Source: a bacterium
GTDB lineage: Bacteria > Cyanobacteriota > Vampirovibrionia > Gastranaerophilales > JBAXKC01
Direction: 5' to 3'
NCBI GenBank assembly: GCA_037137535.1
Contig: JBAXKC010000005.1
Coordinates: forward strand, 38,346-102,345
DNA: 64,000 nucleotides
A program made the position numbers and the translations under genes. Below the pieces are notes generated by a model. The model was not told the origin of the DNA. It did no database searches and was given only the letters and a program-made list of their open reading frames with translations. This document shows, one piece after another, positions 45,283 to 55,003 of this stretch (its first letter is position 1; each line of letters opens with the position of its first letter).

Positions 45283-46590
45283 TTATTCATTCCATAGCTT
45301 GCTAAATTCGTTTATGGTTTCTTCTAGCCATTCTCTTCCTTTAGCTAAACTCTTCCAATCAAGTTTTTCATCCGATGAGTGCATATTTTCTATATTCGCC
45401 AATCCGACTAAGATAGGTAAGAATTTTTCACCTTTTTCATTCGTTTTTTCATTTGCATAAATATGAGTTTCAGCACCTGCATGGAAAACACTTTCTTTTG
45501 AGTTAATCTCAAGGTTATTTGCCGCTATGCTTATCGCCTTGCTTAACGGATTATTTTCTGATTTAAGAAAAGGTTTTAGATGCTTTTGTATGACAACTTC
45601 AACTTTTATTTTACCGTTATATTTTTTTTCTGTTTCTGAAACGATATTTTTAATAATATTTAATAATTCTTCTTCAGGCTCAATTTCACTACTGCGTAAG
45701 GAATATGAAATATAGGCTTCTGAAGAAATTATGTTTAATGGTGATTCTTGAGAAATTGTTTTCATTGCTTCTTTTGCCGCATATTTTGGAAGAATATTTT
45801 TTTGAGTTTTTATATTTGCTATGGTATCTTTTATAGCCTCATTAAAATAACCGCCTGCCGAACCTCCGATAATTACACCTGCATTTATGGAAGTTACAAC
45901 ACCTTTATCAGTTTGCTTAAATACACCTTGAGGTATTTTAGAATCTATTTCCGTTAAAATTTTAATAGCACTGATTCTGTCGATATCAGATATATTAATC
46001 CCCGAGTGTCCGCCTTTTCCACCTGTTACATTAATATAAACATTGGTAAAGCCAGCCCCTGCAACGTCATGCTCTCCGAGTTTTTCACCGTCTGCAACAA
46101 TTACATATTTTGATTTTAATTTTGAAGTATCAAGATTTCTTATTCCGGTCATTCCCATTTCTTCGTCTTTGGTGAATGTTGCTTCAAGCATTCCATGAGA
46201 AGTTTTTGAGTCAAGACTGTTTAGGCCTATTAAGAGATCCATTATTGCAGCTACGCCAGCTTTATTATCTGCACCAAGCGTTCTTGTCTTATCAGTTTCA
46301 ATAAAAACACCGTTTTTAGATAATTTTAAGTTAACAGCATCAGAACCTCCAACTACGTCCATATGTGCTGATAATAAAAGTGAAGGGATGTTTTTACAAC
46401 CCGAAGAAGCAGGGATTTTAGCTATAACATTACCAAAAGTATCATATTTAGCAGCAATTCCATGAATGCTTAAAATTTCTATGATTCTTTCTGATACTTG
46501 TTTCTCTTTCCCCGATGGAGACGGGATTTCAGCGAGTTCGCAAAAAAGATCAATAACTCTGTGTTCTTTTTTTATCTGCTCAAGGTTCAT
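45283..46590 (-). CDS. M20-family metallopeptidase (peptidase T-like)
   Basis: EIPSPSGKE, LLSAHMDVV, GADNKAGVAAIMDL and TKDEEMGMTG metal-ligand blocks. Confidence 0.8.
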   Translation of the reverse strand: MNLEQIKKEHRVIDLFCELAEIPSPSGKEKQVSERIIEILSIHGIAAKYDTFGNVIAKIPASSGCKNIPSLLLSAHMDVVGGSDAVNLKLSKNGVFIETDKTRTLGADNKAGVAAIMDLLIGLNSLDSKTSHGMLEATFTKDEEMGMTGIRNLDTSKLKSKYVIVADGEKLGEHDVAGAGFTNVYINVTGGKGGHSGINISDIDRISAIKILTEIDSKIPQGVFKQTDKGVVTSINAGVIIGGSAGGYFNEAIKDTIANIKTQKNILPKYAAKEAMKTISQESPLNIISSEAYISYSLRSSEIEPEEELLNIIKNIVSETEKKYNGKIKVEVVIQKHLKPFLKSENNPLSKAISIAANNLEINSKESVFHAGAETHIYANEKTNEKGEKFLPILVGLANIENMHSSDEKLDWKSLAKGREWLEETINEFSKLWNE

Positions 46591-46765
46591 AAATACTTCC
46601 TTTCAAACATGCTTTGCGAATACCATTTTGTTTATGTAATAATTAAACTACATCTATATGTGTTATTGTATGTGAATTTTCTTTTATTTTATAATGTAAT
46701 AGAAAATAAAGGATTTTATTCTCTGATTATATCAAATCTTTGAGAAACTAAAGCAGGAGAAAAAA

Positions 46766-46891
46766 ATGAGCGAATATGTTTTTAAAATGAAAAAAGGCGA
46801 AATTGAGATTGAATTGAAATCTGATGATGCCAGATTCATTGAAGATCAACTTGACAAGTGGAGAGAAGCTCTTCTTAATAAAGAAGACTAA
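46766..46891 (+). CDS. Small ORF (41 aa) homologous to the N-terminal module of the next gene
   Basis: AGGAGA RBS 7-8 nt upstream of the ATG. MSEYVFKMKKGEIEIELKSDDARFIEDQLDKWREALLNKED aligns ungapped with aa 4-38 of the 46914 product (13 of 34 identical, including the KW pair). Confidence 0.5.
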   Translation: MSEYVFKMKKGEIEIELKSDDARFIEDQLDKWREALLNKED

Positions 46892-46913
46892 AAACTGAAG
46901 GAAGGGTAAAGCA

Positions 46914-48239
46914 TTGCCTCACTATTATTTATTCAAACTAAAAAAGAATGATGTGGTTTTTGAATTTTCTTCTCAAGACCCTAAGCTGATGTATTCTCAG
47001 TTCAATAAATGGGCTGAAGAATTAATTGGTTCAACTTCAAAAAAAATCGGTTCGCCTGTAAAAAAGGCCGAGCCTGTTAAAGTTCAACAAGCTGTAAAAA
47101 TTGAGAAAAAACAAGAACCTATTATTATAGAAACTGTTAAAGTTGTTACAAGAGAAGAATATGAGGCAATGCAAAAGCAGCAGGCTGCTCCGCTTGAACC
47201 TGCTGAAATACCTCAACCGGTATTAAAGGATTATCCTGAAGAATTTGAAGAAGAAGCCACAATTGTAGAAGAACCTGTTCAGCAAGAAGTAGTTCAAGTC
47301 GAGGAAATTCAAGAGCCTATTATACAGGAAGTTAAAAAAGTAATTTCTGAACAATTACCGCCTCCTGTCAAATTAAGGTCTTTAAGTCTTGATGATATTG
47401 ATATCAGCACAAGACAAGAACCTATTGTTCAACAAACAGAAGAAATTAAAGATGATTTTATTACTTTTGAAACAATAGAAAAAAAACCTGAAATTATAAT
47501 TGAAGAACCTTCTGTTAAAGAAACAGAAGAGGTTGTGACTTTCCCTAATGCAGTTGAATCAACTTCAAAGTTTAAACTTACTGAAGATAATGAGCCAAAA
47601 GCATATGAATTTAAGACTTTTAATCAGGATGAAGTGTTTGAAGAAGAGCCTGCCGTAACAGATAAAGCTGTTGAAGAAGCTGTAATAAATGAAAAGTTCA
47701 AACCTTCAAATGTAACTGCAAGTGATGCTTCAAAAGATCAATTCTTTAAAATATTACAAAAAAAGTTTAGTTCAATAGTTGACGAACCTGAAGTTGAAGA
47801 AGTTAAGCCTAAGAATATTATTAAAGAAGAACTTCCGCCTCTTTCAAGTCCGGAAGTCGAATATAAGAAACCGGAAATAAGTTCTTATACTCCGCTTGAA
47901 GAAGTGAGAACCGCTCCTCAGCCTTCAATGCAAAATAAAGCATTGGATTTGAAAAATTTAGATAATTTGATTCAGTTGAAAAAACCTGATAATATGTTTG
48001 ATTATTTACTTATAGCCGCATATTATTTAAAAGAAGGTGAGTTTTTAGATCGTTATTCTCTAAAGCAGATGAATTCTAAAATATTTCCATATACCAGAAA
48101 GCCTATTGATCACTCTATAATTCAAAAAGCTGTTGCCAGAAATTACATTGAGGTAGTACCTGACTATACAGGAATGGCTGAAGTTACTGAATATGTTATT
48201 ACTGATGAAGGCGAGAATTATTTAATAAATGAACTCTAA
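46914..48239 (+). CDS. Hypothetical protein: short N-terminal module, about 280-aa E/P/V/Q-rich disordered linker, compact C-terminal domain
   Basis: TTG start with GAAGGAAGGG upstream. Long ORF. The C-terminal ~100 aa (FDYLLIAAYYLKEG....YVITDEGENYL) looks like a winged-helix-type fold. The 3' end overlaps mnmA by 11 nt. Confidence 0.6.
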   Translation: MPHYYLFKLKKNDVVFEFSSQDPKLMYSQFNKWAEELIGSTSKKIGSPVKKAEPVKVQQAVKIEKKQEPIIIETVKVVTREEYEAMQKQQAAPLEPAEIPQPVLKDYPEEFEEEATIVEEPVQQEVVQVEEIQEPIIQEVKKVISEQLPPPVKLRSLSLDDIDISTRQEPIVQQTEEIKDDFITFETIEKKPEIIIEEPSVKETEEVVTFPNAVESTSKFKLTEDNEPKAYEFKTFNQDEVFEEEPAVTDKAVEEAVINEKFKPSNVTASDASKDQFFKILQKKFSSIVDEPEVEEVKPKNIIKEELPPLSSPEVEYKKPEISSYTPLEEVRTAPQPSMQNKALDLKNLDNLIQLKKPDNMFDYLLIAAYYLKEGEFLDRYSLKQMNSKIFPYTRKPIDHSIIQKAVARNYIEVVPDYTGMAEVTEYVITDEGENYLINEL

Positions 48240-49302
48240 TACTAAAAAAACTAGAGTTGCTGTTGCTATGAGTGGCGGTGTAGATAGTAGCGTTGCAGCT
48301 TTATTATTAAAAAATCAAGGTTATGACGTAATTGGGATAACAGGGGTTATGCATTGTGGTAATAATGCTAATGATGCTGTTATAAATGCAAAAAAAGTTT
48401 GTGAAATACTAGGTATTTCACATTTTGTTATTGATATGAAAGAACTTTTTCAAGAAAAGGTTGTTGATTATTTTGTAAATAGCTATAAAGAAGGATTAAC
48501 TCCAAATCCTTGTCCTGTTTGTAATAAATTTATAAAATGGGGTAAACTCAGAAAAACTGCTCATGAGTTGTATTTTGCTGATTTTATAGCAACAGGGCAC
48601 TACGCCAATATTTCAAATGAAAAGGGTACTTATAAGCTAATTCAAGCTAAAGATAATAAAAAAGATCAGCTATATATGTTACATACACTAACGCAGGAAG
48701 ATATTTCAAAAACAATGTTTCCTTTAGCAAATCTTGTTAAATCGCAAGTTAGAGAAATTGCAAGGGAAAATAACTTACCTGTTGCAGATAACAAAGAAAG
48801 TCAGGATGTTTGCTTTATTCAACCTCCTTTAACTACTCCAAAGTTTTTATCTGACAATATTGGTGAAAAAGAAGGCATGTTTGTAAGTATTCATACTAAT
48901 GAAGTTTTAGGTAAGCATTCAGGCTATTATAAATATACGATTGGACAACGTAAAGGTATTGGCATTGCTCATAAAGAACCATTATATGTTGCAGGTTTAA
49001 ATCCGAATGAAAATATTGTTTATCTTTGTTATAAAGATGATCTTTTTTCTACAACAACATTTGTTGAGAATATGAATTGGGTATTACCCGAATATTCAAA
49101 AAATGATTTTGAGGCCTTTTGCAAAATAAGATATAATACGTCGGCAAAAAAAGCTAAAATAATACATCTTGATAATAATAAAGTGAAAATTATATTTGAT
49201 GAGCCTGAATCAGCTGTAACAATAGGACAAATGGCTGTTATCTATTCTGCTGACAATAGTTTTCTTATTGGTGGCGGAACAATATACGGAGTAAATGAAT
49301 AA
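48229..49302 (+). CDS. mnmA: tRNA-specific 2-thiouridylase MnmA
   Basis: PP-loop VAVAMSGGVDSSVAA, NPCPVCNK, ATGHYA, KDQLYML and ESQDVCF. Confidence 0.95.
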   Translation: MNSNTKKTRVAVAMSGGVDSSVAALLLKNQGYDVIGITGVMHCGNNANDAVINAKKVCEILGISHFVIDMKELFQEKVVDYFVNSYKEGLTPNPCPVCNKFIKWGKLRKTAHELYFADFIATGHYANISNEKGTYKLIQAKDNKKDQLYMLHTLTQEDISKTMFPLANLVKSQVREIARENNLPVADNKESQDVCFIQPPLTTPKFLSDNIGEKEGMFVSIHTNEVLGKHSGYYKYTIGQRKGIGIAHKEPLYVAGLNPNENIVYLCYKDDLFSTTTFVENMNWVLPEYSKNDFEAFCKIRYNTSAKKAKIIHLDNNKVKIIFDEPESAVTIGQMAVIYSADNSFLIGGGTIYGVNE

Positions 49303-49318
49303 TTTAAAGGATTAGGGT

Positions 49319-51058
49319 ATGAATAATATTCAAAAGACACTAGCTGTTTCTTTGCTATCTCTTTCTCTATCAACTTGTGCATTTTCAAAAAATGCAGTTT
49401 ATCATCATAAAAATATTCATTCTGTAAAAAAGAATAAAATAGCAGTCAAAAAGCTCACTTATGTAAAAAATAAAAAAAATGTTGTAACTCCTAAGCATGA
49501 AGTTTTTATTAAGAATGATGATTCAATTAAAACGGCAATAACAGTTAATGACGGTATAACCTTTGATGATTTGGTTGCGTTATCAAAAAATCCACATCCT
49601 GACGGTGTTTTAGGTTATAAACTTCAAAAAGTATTAACTACTCCAATAGTTGATAATACTATTAATCCTAATCCTTCATCTGATGAAAAATATAGTACCT
49701 CAATTGGTGATTATATCAGGGTAGCCAGTTGGAATATTGAAAGAGGTTTGAATTTAGATAATATAAAATTATTATTTTCTAATGATGATGAGTTGTTGAA
49801 AAAAGTTAATCCTAAAGCTAATAAAATTGATGTAGAGAAAGAGGCTAATCAACTTAAGCAGTCTGATATTATTGTAATGAATGAAGTTGATGACGGTATG
49901 CCGAGGACAGGATACAGAAATGTTGCTAAAGAATTAGCAGAAACCTTACATTATAATTATGCTTATGCACCTGAATTTTTAGAAGTGGACCCCGCTCATC
50001 TTGGTGAGGAAGATTGCCAGTGGTCAGAAGAAAAATATCTATTTCCAGATAAAAAATATGAAGTAGATAAATCTAAATACAAAGGTCTTCATGGAAATGC
50101 AATTTTAAGTAAATATCCCCTTGAAAATGTTAGAATTGTAAGACTTCCAGCGGCTTATGATTGGTTTCAAGGTGAAAGAGATAAGGTAACTGAACTGGAA
50201 ACAGCAAGAAGAGAAGCTGCTAAGGTTATTTTTAAAGAGGAAATGCTAAGAGAAATCAGGCAAGGTGGCAGAATGGCTATAATTGCCGATGTGGTAGTTC
50301 CGAAAACAAATCAAAAAATTACTGTAGTTGCGGCACATATTGAAAATAGAACTACTCCTGCTAGAAGACTTGTTCAGCTAAAAGCTATACTTGATGATAT
50401 AAAAGATGTTCATAACCCTGTAATATTCGCAGGTGACTTTAATACAACTATATCTGATGGCTCTCCGACAAGTGTAAAAAAAGAAGTCTTAAAAAGAATA
50501 ACCGATCCTGAGTTTATTGCCAGAAATGCAATAATGACAATGCTTCCTTTATCATATGTTGTTAATATTTCATCTTTAACAGGTAATTTCGTTAGAAAAT
50601 ACACCGACCCTACAGTAAAAAATATACCTGTAATCGCTCCTAACAAAGAAAGATCTTTCTTTAATACTTTAAGAAAATTTACTTTTAATGACGGTTATCA
50701 GTTTGATTTCAGAGGGGAGAAAAATAGAACCCGTAAAGGTGAAAATGGTCTTATTGCTCAATCTAATGAACGTCAATATAAAGGTTTTGTACCTACTTAT
50801 GTATTTGAGCGTCCGCTTGTTCTAGGGCGTTATAAATTAGATTGGATTTTTGTAAAATCATTCTCTGAAAAATCGACTGATGATGATCAAAGTTTTAAAC
50901 TTGCTCCACATTTCGGCTCAACATTAAGGGCATTAAATTATTCATTTACTCCGATATTATCTGATCATGCGCCAATAACTGCAGATTTACCTTTAAATGA
51001 ACCGCCCAAGCATATAAAAAGAGAAAAATCGATAAAGACGACTAAGGAAAATAAATAA
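49319..51058 (+). CDS. Secreted endonuclease/exonuclease/phosphatase (EEP) family protein
   Basis: Signal peptide LAVSLLSLSLSTCAFS. EEP blocks VASWNIERG, VMNEVD, GNAILSKYPL, VVAAHIE, FAGDFNT and LSDHAPI. Confidence 0.75.
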   Translation: MNNIQKTLAVSLLSLSLSTCAFSKNAVYHHKNIHSVKKNKIAVKKLTYVKNKKNVVTPKHEVFIKNDDSIKTAITVNDGITFDDLVALSKNPHPDGVLGYKLQKVLTTPIVDNTINPNPSSDEKYSTSIGDYIRVASWNIERGLNLDNIKLLFSNDDELLKKVNPKANKIDVEKEANQLKQSDIIVMNEVDDGMPRTGYRNVAKELAETLHYNYAYAPEFLEVDPAHLGEEDCQWSEEKYLFPDKKYEVDKSKYKGLHGNAILSKYPLENVRIVRLPAAYDWFQGERDKVTELETARREAAKVIFKEEMLREIRQGGRMAIIADVVVPKTNQKITVVAAHIENRTTPARRLVQLKAILDDIKDVHNPVIFAGDFNTTISDGSPTSVKKEVLKRITDPEFIARNAIMTMLPLSYVVNISSLTGNFVRKYTDPTVKNIPVIAPNKERSFFNTLRKFTFNDGYQFDFRGEKNRTRKGENGLIAQSNERQYKGFVPTYVFERPLVLGRYKLDWIFVKSFSEKSTDDDQSFKLAPHFGSTLRALNYSFTPILSDHAPITADLPLNEPPKHIKREKSIKTTKENK

Positions 51059-53934
51059 TGACCTCTAAAACCCTAATTCTTATAGATGGACACGCTTTAG
51101 CCTATAGATCATATTTTGCACTCGAGAGAACCGGTATGAAAACTCGTGACGGCAAACATACATGGGCTGTTTTCGGATTTTTTAAAGCAATCTTTGATTT
51201 GCTGGCAAGAGTTCAACCTGATGCAATTGCAGTAACTTTTGATTGTGGAAGAGAAACATTCAGACTGGAAGCTTATTCTGAATATAAAGCGAATAGGCAG
51301 TCTATGCCAGATTCTATGAGAGAGCAGCTTCAATATATTCATGAGGGGGTAGAGGCTTTAGATATTCCTATTTATAAATTACCTGGGTTTGAAGCGGATG
51401 ATTTAATCGGGACAATAGTTACAAGAGCAAAATCATTAGGTCATAAATCTTTGATATTAACTGGTGATCAGGATTCATTCCAGTTGATTGATAAAGAAGG
51501 TCAAATTAAAGTTTTAATCCCATCAAAAGGCGAACTTGTAGAATATGACAGAGACAAAGTTCATGAAAAAATGGAAATTTATCCTGAAGATGTTGTCGAT
51601 TATAAAGCATTAAGAGGTGATACCTCAGATAATATTCCAGGTGTTAAAGGTATAGGCGAGAAAACAGCTGTTAAGCTCTTAAAAGAATTTGGTACGTTAG
51701 ACGGTGTTTATGAGCATATTAATGAAATTACGTCTAAGAGCATTAAATCTAAACTTGAAACTGATAAAGAAATAGCCTATAAAAGTCAATTTCTTGCGAC
51801 TATTAAACTTGATGTGCCTATGGAATTCGACTTTGAGCATACTCATCTTACAATGCCGAATATTGATAAACTTTCCGAGTTTTTGACAACTTTTCAGTTA
51901 AATGCTTTTTTAAAACAATTACCGACTATTTTAAAGCCTTTTAACAACGGAGTAGTTCCGGATATTAAATTAACAGCAGAACCTGAAATTAAAACTGATT
52001 CTCAGCTTAGTTTGTTTAGTCAAATGCCCCAAGAAAATAATCATGAAAAAGCTATAATTGAGCAAGAAATAAGTGATTGTAAACATACTCTCGAAATAAT
52101 TGACAGTGAGCAAAAACTTGATGATTTAATTAAAATTCTCAACCTTGCAACTGTTATTTCGCTTGATACGGAAACAACTGACCTTGATACTTTAAGAGCT
52201 GATCTTGTTGGTATTTCTTTTGGAATAAATCCTCAAGTGAATTTTAAAGATGGTAATTTATTTGCAGATAAAACAAAAAATGATTGTGTTAATACTTTTT
52301 ATATTCCTGTTGGACATATTGAAGGTAAGCAGCTAGACAGAATCTTTGTTTTAGATAAATTAAAACTCGTTTTTGAAAATGACAATATAAAAAAAGTTTT
52401 ACAAAATGCGAAATATGAAATAAATATTTTAAAAAATTATAATATTACCTTAAAAGGCATAATTTTTGACACAATGCTTGCAAGTTATGTGAAAGATCCC
52501 GCAGGAAAACATGGCTTAAAGCAGCAGGCTCTTTTGCATCTTAATTATTCAATGACAAAGATTGAAGAGTTAATTGGCAAAGGCAAAAATGCATTAACAA
52601 TGGATAAAGTTTCTATTAATGATTCTGCAAAATATGCCTGTATGGATGCGGCTTCAACAATTAATCTTGCTGACTATTATTTAACAAAACTCGATAATAA
52701 AGATAAAGAAATTTTAAATGATATAGAAATGCCTTTAATTTCTGTACTTGCGGATATGGAAAGAACTGGAGTTTGTGTAGATAAAGAATATCTGGCAGAA
52801 TTATCAAAAGAACTTGGTTCAAAATTAGAAAAAATAGAAACAGCTATTTTTGAAATTGCGGGGGAACGATTTAATGTTAATTCCCCGAAACAGGTTGCCG
52901 ATATTTTATTTGAAAAACTTCAATTACCTGTTAAAGCAGGGAGTAAGACAAAGACAGGTATTAGTACCGATGCAAAAACTCTTGAATATTTAAAAGATAT
53001 TAATCCTATTGCGGGTTTATTACTCGAACATAGGCATTTATCAAAACTTAAATCAACTTATGTTGATTCATTGCCGCTTCTTATAAATCCTAAAACAAAA
53101 CGTATTCATACGAGTTATAATCAAACAGCAACAACAACAGGACGTCTTTCAAGCAGTAATCCTAACTTGCAGAATATTCCAATCAGGTCTGAAATTGGTA
53201 ATAGAATAAGGGCGGCTTTTGTAACAGAAGACCATGAAAATTATGTTATTCTTGCTGCGGATTATTCACAAATTGAATTAAGGCTTTTAGCTCATGTTTC
53301 TCAAGATGAAAACTTAGTATCGGCATTTAGAAATAATATCGATATTCATACAGATACAGCTTCAAAAGTGTTTAACGTATCAACTGAAGAAGTTACAAAA
53401 GATATGCGTAGACAGGCAAAAGCTGTAAACTTCGGTATTATATACGGGCAAACAAGTTATGGGCTTTCCGAATCCCTTGGTATTCCTGCATCAGAAGCTA
53501 AGCAAATGATTGAAAAGTATTTTGAAACATATCCTAAAATTAAAGAATATATTGAAAATACTATTAAAGAAGCTCAACAGAATGGATGTGTTGCCACATT
53601 CTATGGAAGAAAGCGTTATTTTGACGAAGATATTCACAGTAGAAATAAAAATATCAGAGAATTTGCTCAAAGAGCGGCTGTAAATGCACCTTTGCAGGGA
53701 ACTGCCGCGGATCTGATAAAACTTGCAATGATAAAACTTCATGATGAATTGCAAAAAAGAAAATTAAAATCTAAACTTATTTTGCAGGTGCATGATGAAT
53801 TGGTACTTGAAACAGCTAAAGATGAGCTTGATGAAGTTATAAATCTTGTAAAAGATTGTATGGAGCTAAATCAACCGTTTTCAGTTCCTCTTGAAATTGA
53901 TATAACAAGTGCAAAAAACTGGATGGAAGTATAA
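51058..53934 (+). CDS. polA: DNA polymerase I (5'-3' exonuclease, 3'-5' exonuclease-like and polymerase domains)
   Basis: LIDGHALAYRSYFA, GDTSDNIPGVKGIGEKTA, DTETT, RLSSSNPNLQNIP, DYSQIELR and QVHDEL. The start shares one nucleotide with the upstream stop (TAATG). Confidence 0.96.
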   Translation: MTSKTLILIDGHALAYRSYFALERTGMKTRDGKHTWAVFGFFKAIFDLLARVQPDAIAVTFDCGRETFRLEAYSEYKANRQSMPDSMREQLQYIHEGVEALDIPIYKLPGFEADDLIGTIVTRAKSLGHKSLILTGDQDSFQLIDKEGQIKVLIPSKGELVEYDRDKVHEKMEIYPEDVVDYKALRGDTSDNIPGVKGIGEKTAVKLLKEFGTLDGVYEHINEITSKSIKSKLETDKEIAYKSQFLATIKLDVPMEFDFEHTHLTMPNIDKLSEFLTTFQLNAFLKQLPTILKPFNNGVVPDIKLTAEPEIKTDSQLSLFSQMPQENNHEKAIIEQEISDCKHTLEIIDSEQKLDDLIKILNLATVISLDTETTDLDTLRADLVGISFGINPQVNFKDGNLFADKTKNDCVNTFYIPVGHIEGKQLDRIFVLDKLKLVFENDNIKKVLQNAKYEINILKNYNITLKGIIFDTMLASYVKDPAGKHGLKQQALLHLNYSMTKIEELIGKGKNALTMDKVSINDSAKYACMDAASTINLADYYLTKLDNKDKEILNDIEMPLISVLADMERTGVCVDKEYLAELSKELGSKLEKIETAIFEIAGERFNVNSPKQVADILFEKLQLPVKAGSKTKTGISTDAKTLEYLKDINPIAGLLLEHRHLSKLKSTYVDSLPLLINPKTKRIHTSYNQTATTTGRLSSSNPNLQNIPIRSEIGNRIRAAFVTEDHENYVILAADYSQIELRLLAHVSQDENLVSAFRNNIDIHTDTASKVFNVSTEEVTKDMRRQAKAVNFGIIYGQTSYGLSESLGIPASEAKQMIEKYFETYPKIKEYIENTIKEAQQNGCVATFYGRKRYFDEDIHSRNKNIREFAQRAAVNAPLQGTAADLIKLAMIKLHDELQKRKLKSKLILQVHDELVLETAKDELDEVINLVKDCMELNQPFSVPLEIDITSAKNWMEV

Positions 53935-53994
53935 AAAACTTTGAATTTAGCGTTTAACTGTTAAAATTAATATATAGTTAAACGGAGAAAGATA

Positions 53995-54672
53995 ATGCAC
54001 ATTCCAGACGGTTTTTTAAGTCCAATTACTTGTATAACTTGTTATGCAGCAATAATTCCGTTTTGGATTATATTCTCAAAAAAAGTACAAAAGGGTATGA
54101 ATACTCAATTAATGTCGTATGCAGCTCTGGGTGCTTCATTTTCCTTTTTAATTATGATGATAAATATACCGATTCCCGGTGGAACGTGCGGACATGCAAC
54201 GGGTACAGCTTTATTGAGCCTGCTATTTGGTCCTGAATATGCTTTTATACTTGTTTCTTTAGCTTTAGCTATACAAGCGTTGATTTTTGGTGATGGCGGA
54301 ATTACTACCTACGGTGCAAATGTGATTTCAATGGCATTAATCCCATCATATATAGCTCATTATCTGAATTATATATTAGGCAAATTAAGAAATAATACAA
54401 CACTTTGTCCGATAAATTCGGCTATAAGTGCTTATTTTGCTATTGTTTCTGGGGCTTTGTTTACTTCGGTTATACTTGGCGTTCAGCCTTACTTTTTTCA
54501 TTCTGCAACAGGACTTCCAATGTTTTTCCCGTATGGATTAAATGTTACTATTCCTGCTATGTTAATTCCCCATATTCTTGTATTTGGTTCTATTGAGGGA
54601 GTAATAACCTCTTTAGTTATAAAATATCTGGCAACTTCAAATAATTTATTAAATTTGCAGGTTGATGAATAA
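53995..54672 (+). CDS. cbiM: ECF-type cobalt/nickel transporter substrate-capture component CbiM/NikM
   Basis: Canonical N-terminus MHIPDGFLS. Multiple TM helices, with the GGTCGHATG and FGDGGIT blocks. Confidence 0.88.
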   Translation: MHIPDGFLSPITCITCYAAIIPFWIIFSKKVQKGMNTQLMSYAALGASFSFLIMMINIPIPGGTCGHATGTALLSLLFGPEYAFILVSLALAIQALIFGDGGITTYGANVISMALIPSYIAHYLNYILGKLRNNTTLCPINSAISAYFAIVSGALFTSVILGVQPYFFHSATGLPMFFPYGLNVTIPAMLIPHILVFGSIEGVITSLVIKYLATSNNLLNLQVDE

Positions 54673-55001
54673 TGCAATATAAAAAGTTAAGATTAATAGT
54701 ATTTTTATTAATTATAATTTCACCTCTCGGTGTTATTTTACCTGAACTTATAAAAAATAATGGCACTTGGGGCGAATGGGGCAACGATGAACTTTATAGA
54801 ATGATTGGTTATTTACCTCATGGGATAAATAAACTTAGTTCTTCATGGTCATCAGTTTTTCCTGACTATTCTTTAACGTCAACTCAACATGGTTTAGTGG
54901 GCAAATCAATTGAGTATTATACCTCTGCTGTAATTGGAGCAGTTTGCTGTTTCTCTTTGAGCTTATTTTTATTAAAACGTATGAATGGAAACGTAAAATA
55001 A
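54672..55001 (+). CDS. Small membrane component of the CbiMNQO-type transporter (CbiN/NikN/PDGLE-like)
   Basis: Two terminal TM helices flank a short loop containing the GEWG motif. It sits at the cbiN position, and its ATG overlaps the cbiM stop (TAATG). Confidence 0.5.
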   Translation: MQYKKLRLIVFLLIIISPLGVILPELIKNNGTWGEWGNDELYRMIGYLPHGINKLSSSWSSVFPDYSLTSTQHGLVGKSIEYYTSAVIGAVCCFSLSLFLLKRMNGNVK

Positions 55002-55003
55002 TT

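Noticed and set aside
53935-53994. Possible cobalamin or Ni/Co riboswitch upstream of cbiM
   Set aside because: Only about 60 nt separate polA from cbiM. That is too short for a B12 or NiCo riboswitch, and no conserved B12-box-like sequence is seen.
54030-54596. Two same-strand alternative-frame ORFs inside cbiM (54030-54236 and 54405-54596)
   Set aside because: The cbiM frame gives the canonical MHIPDGF N-terminus and a coherent multi-TM protein. The alternative frames give Cys/Tyr/Phe-rich nonsense.
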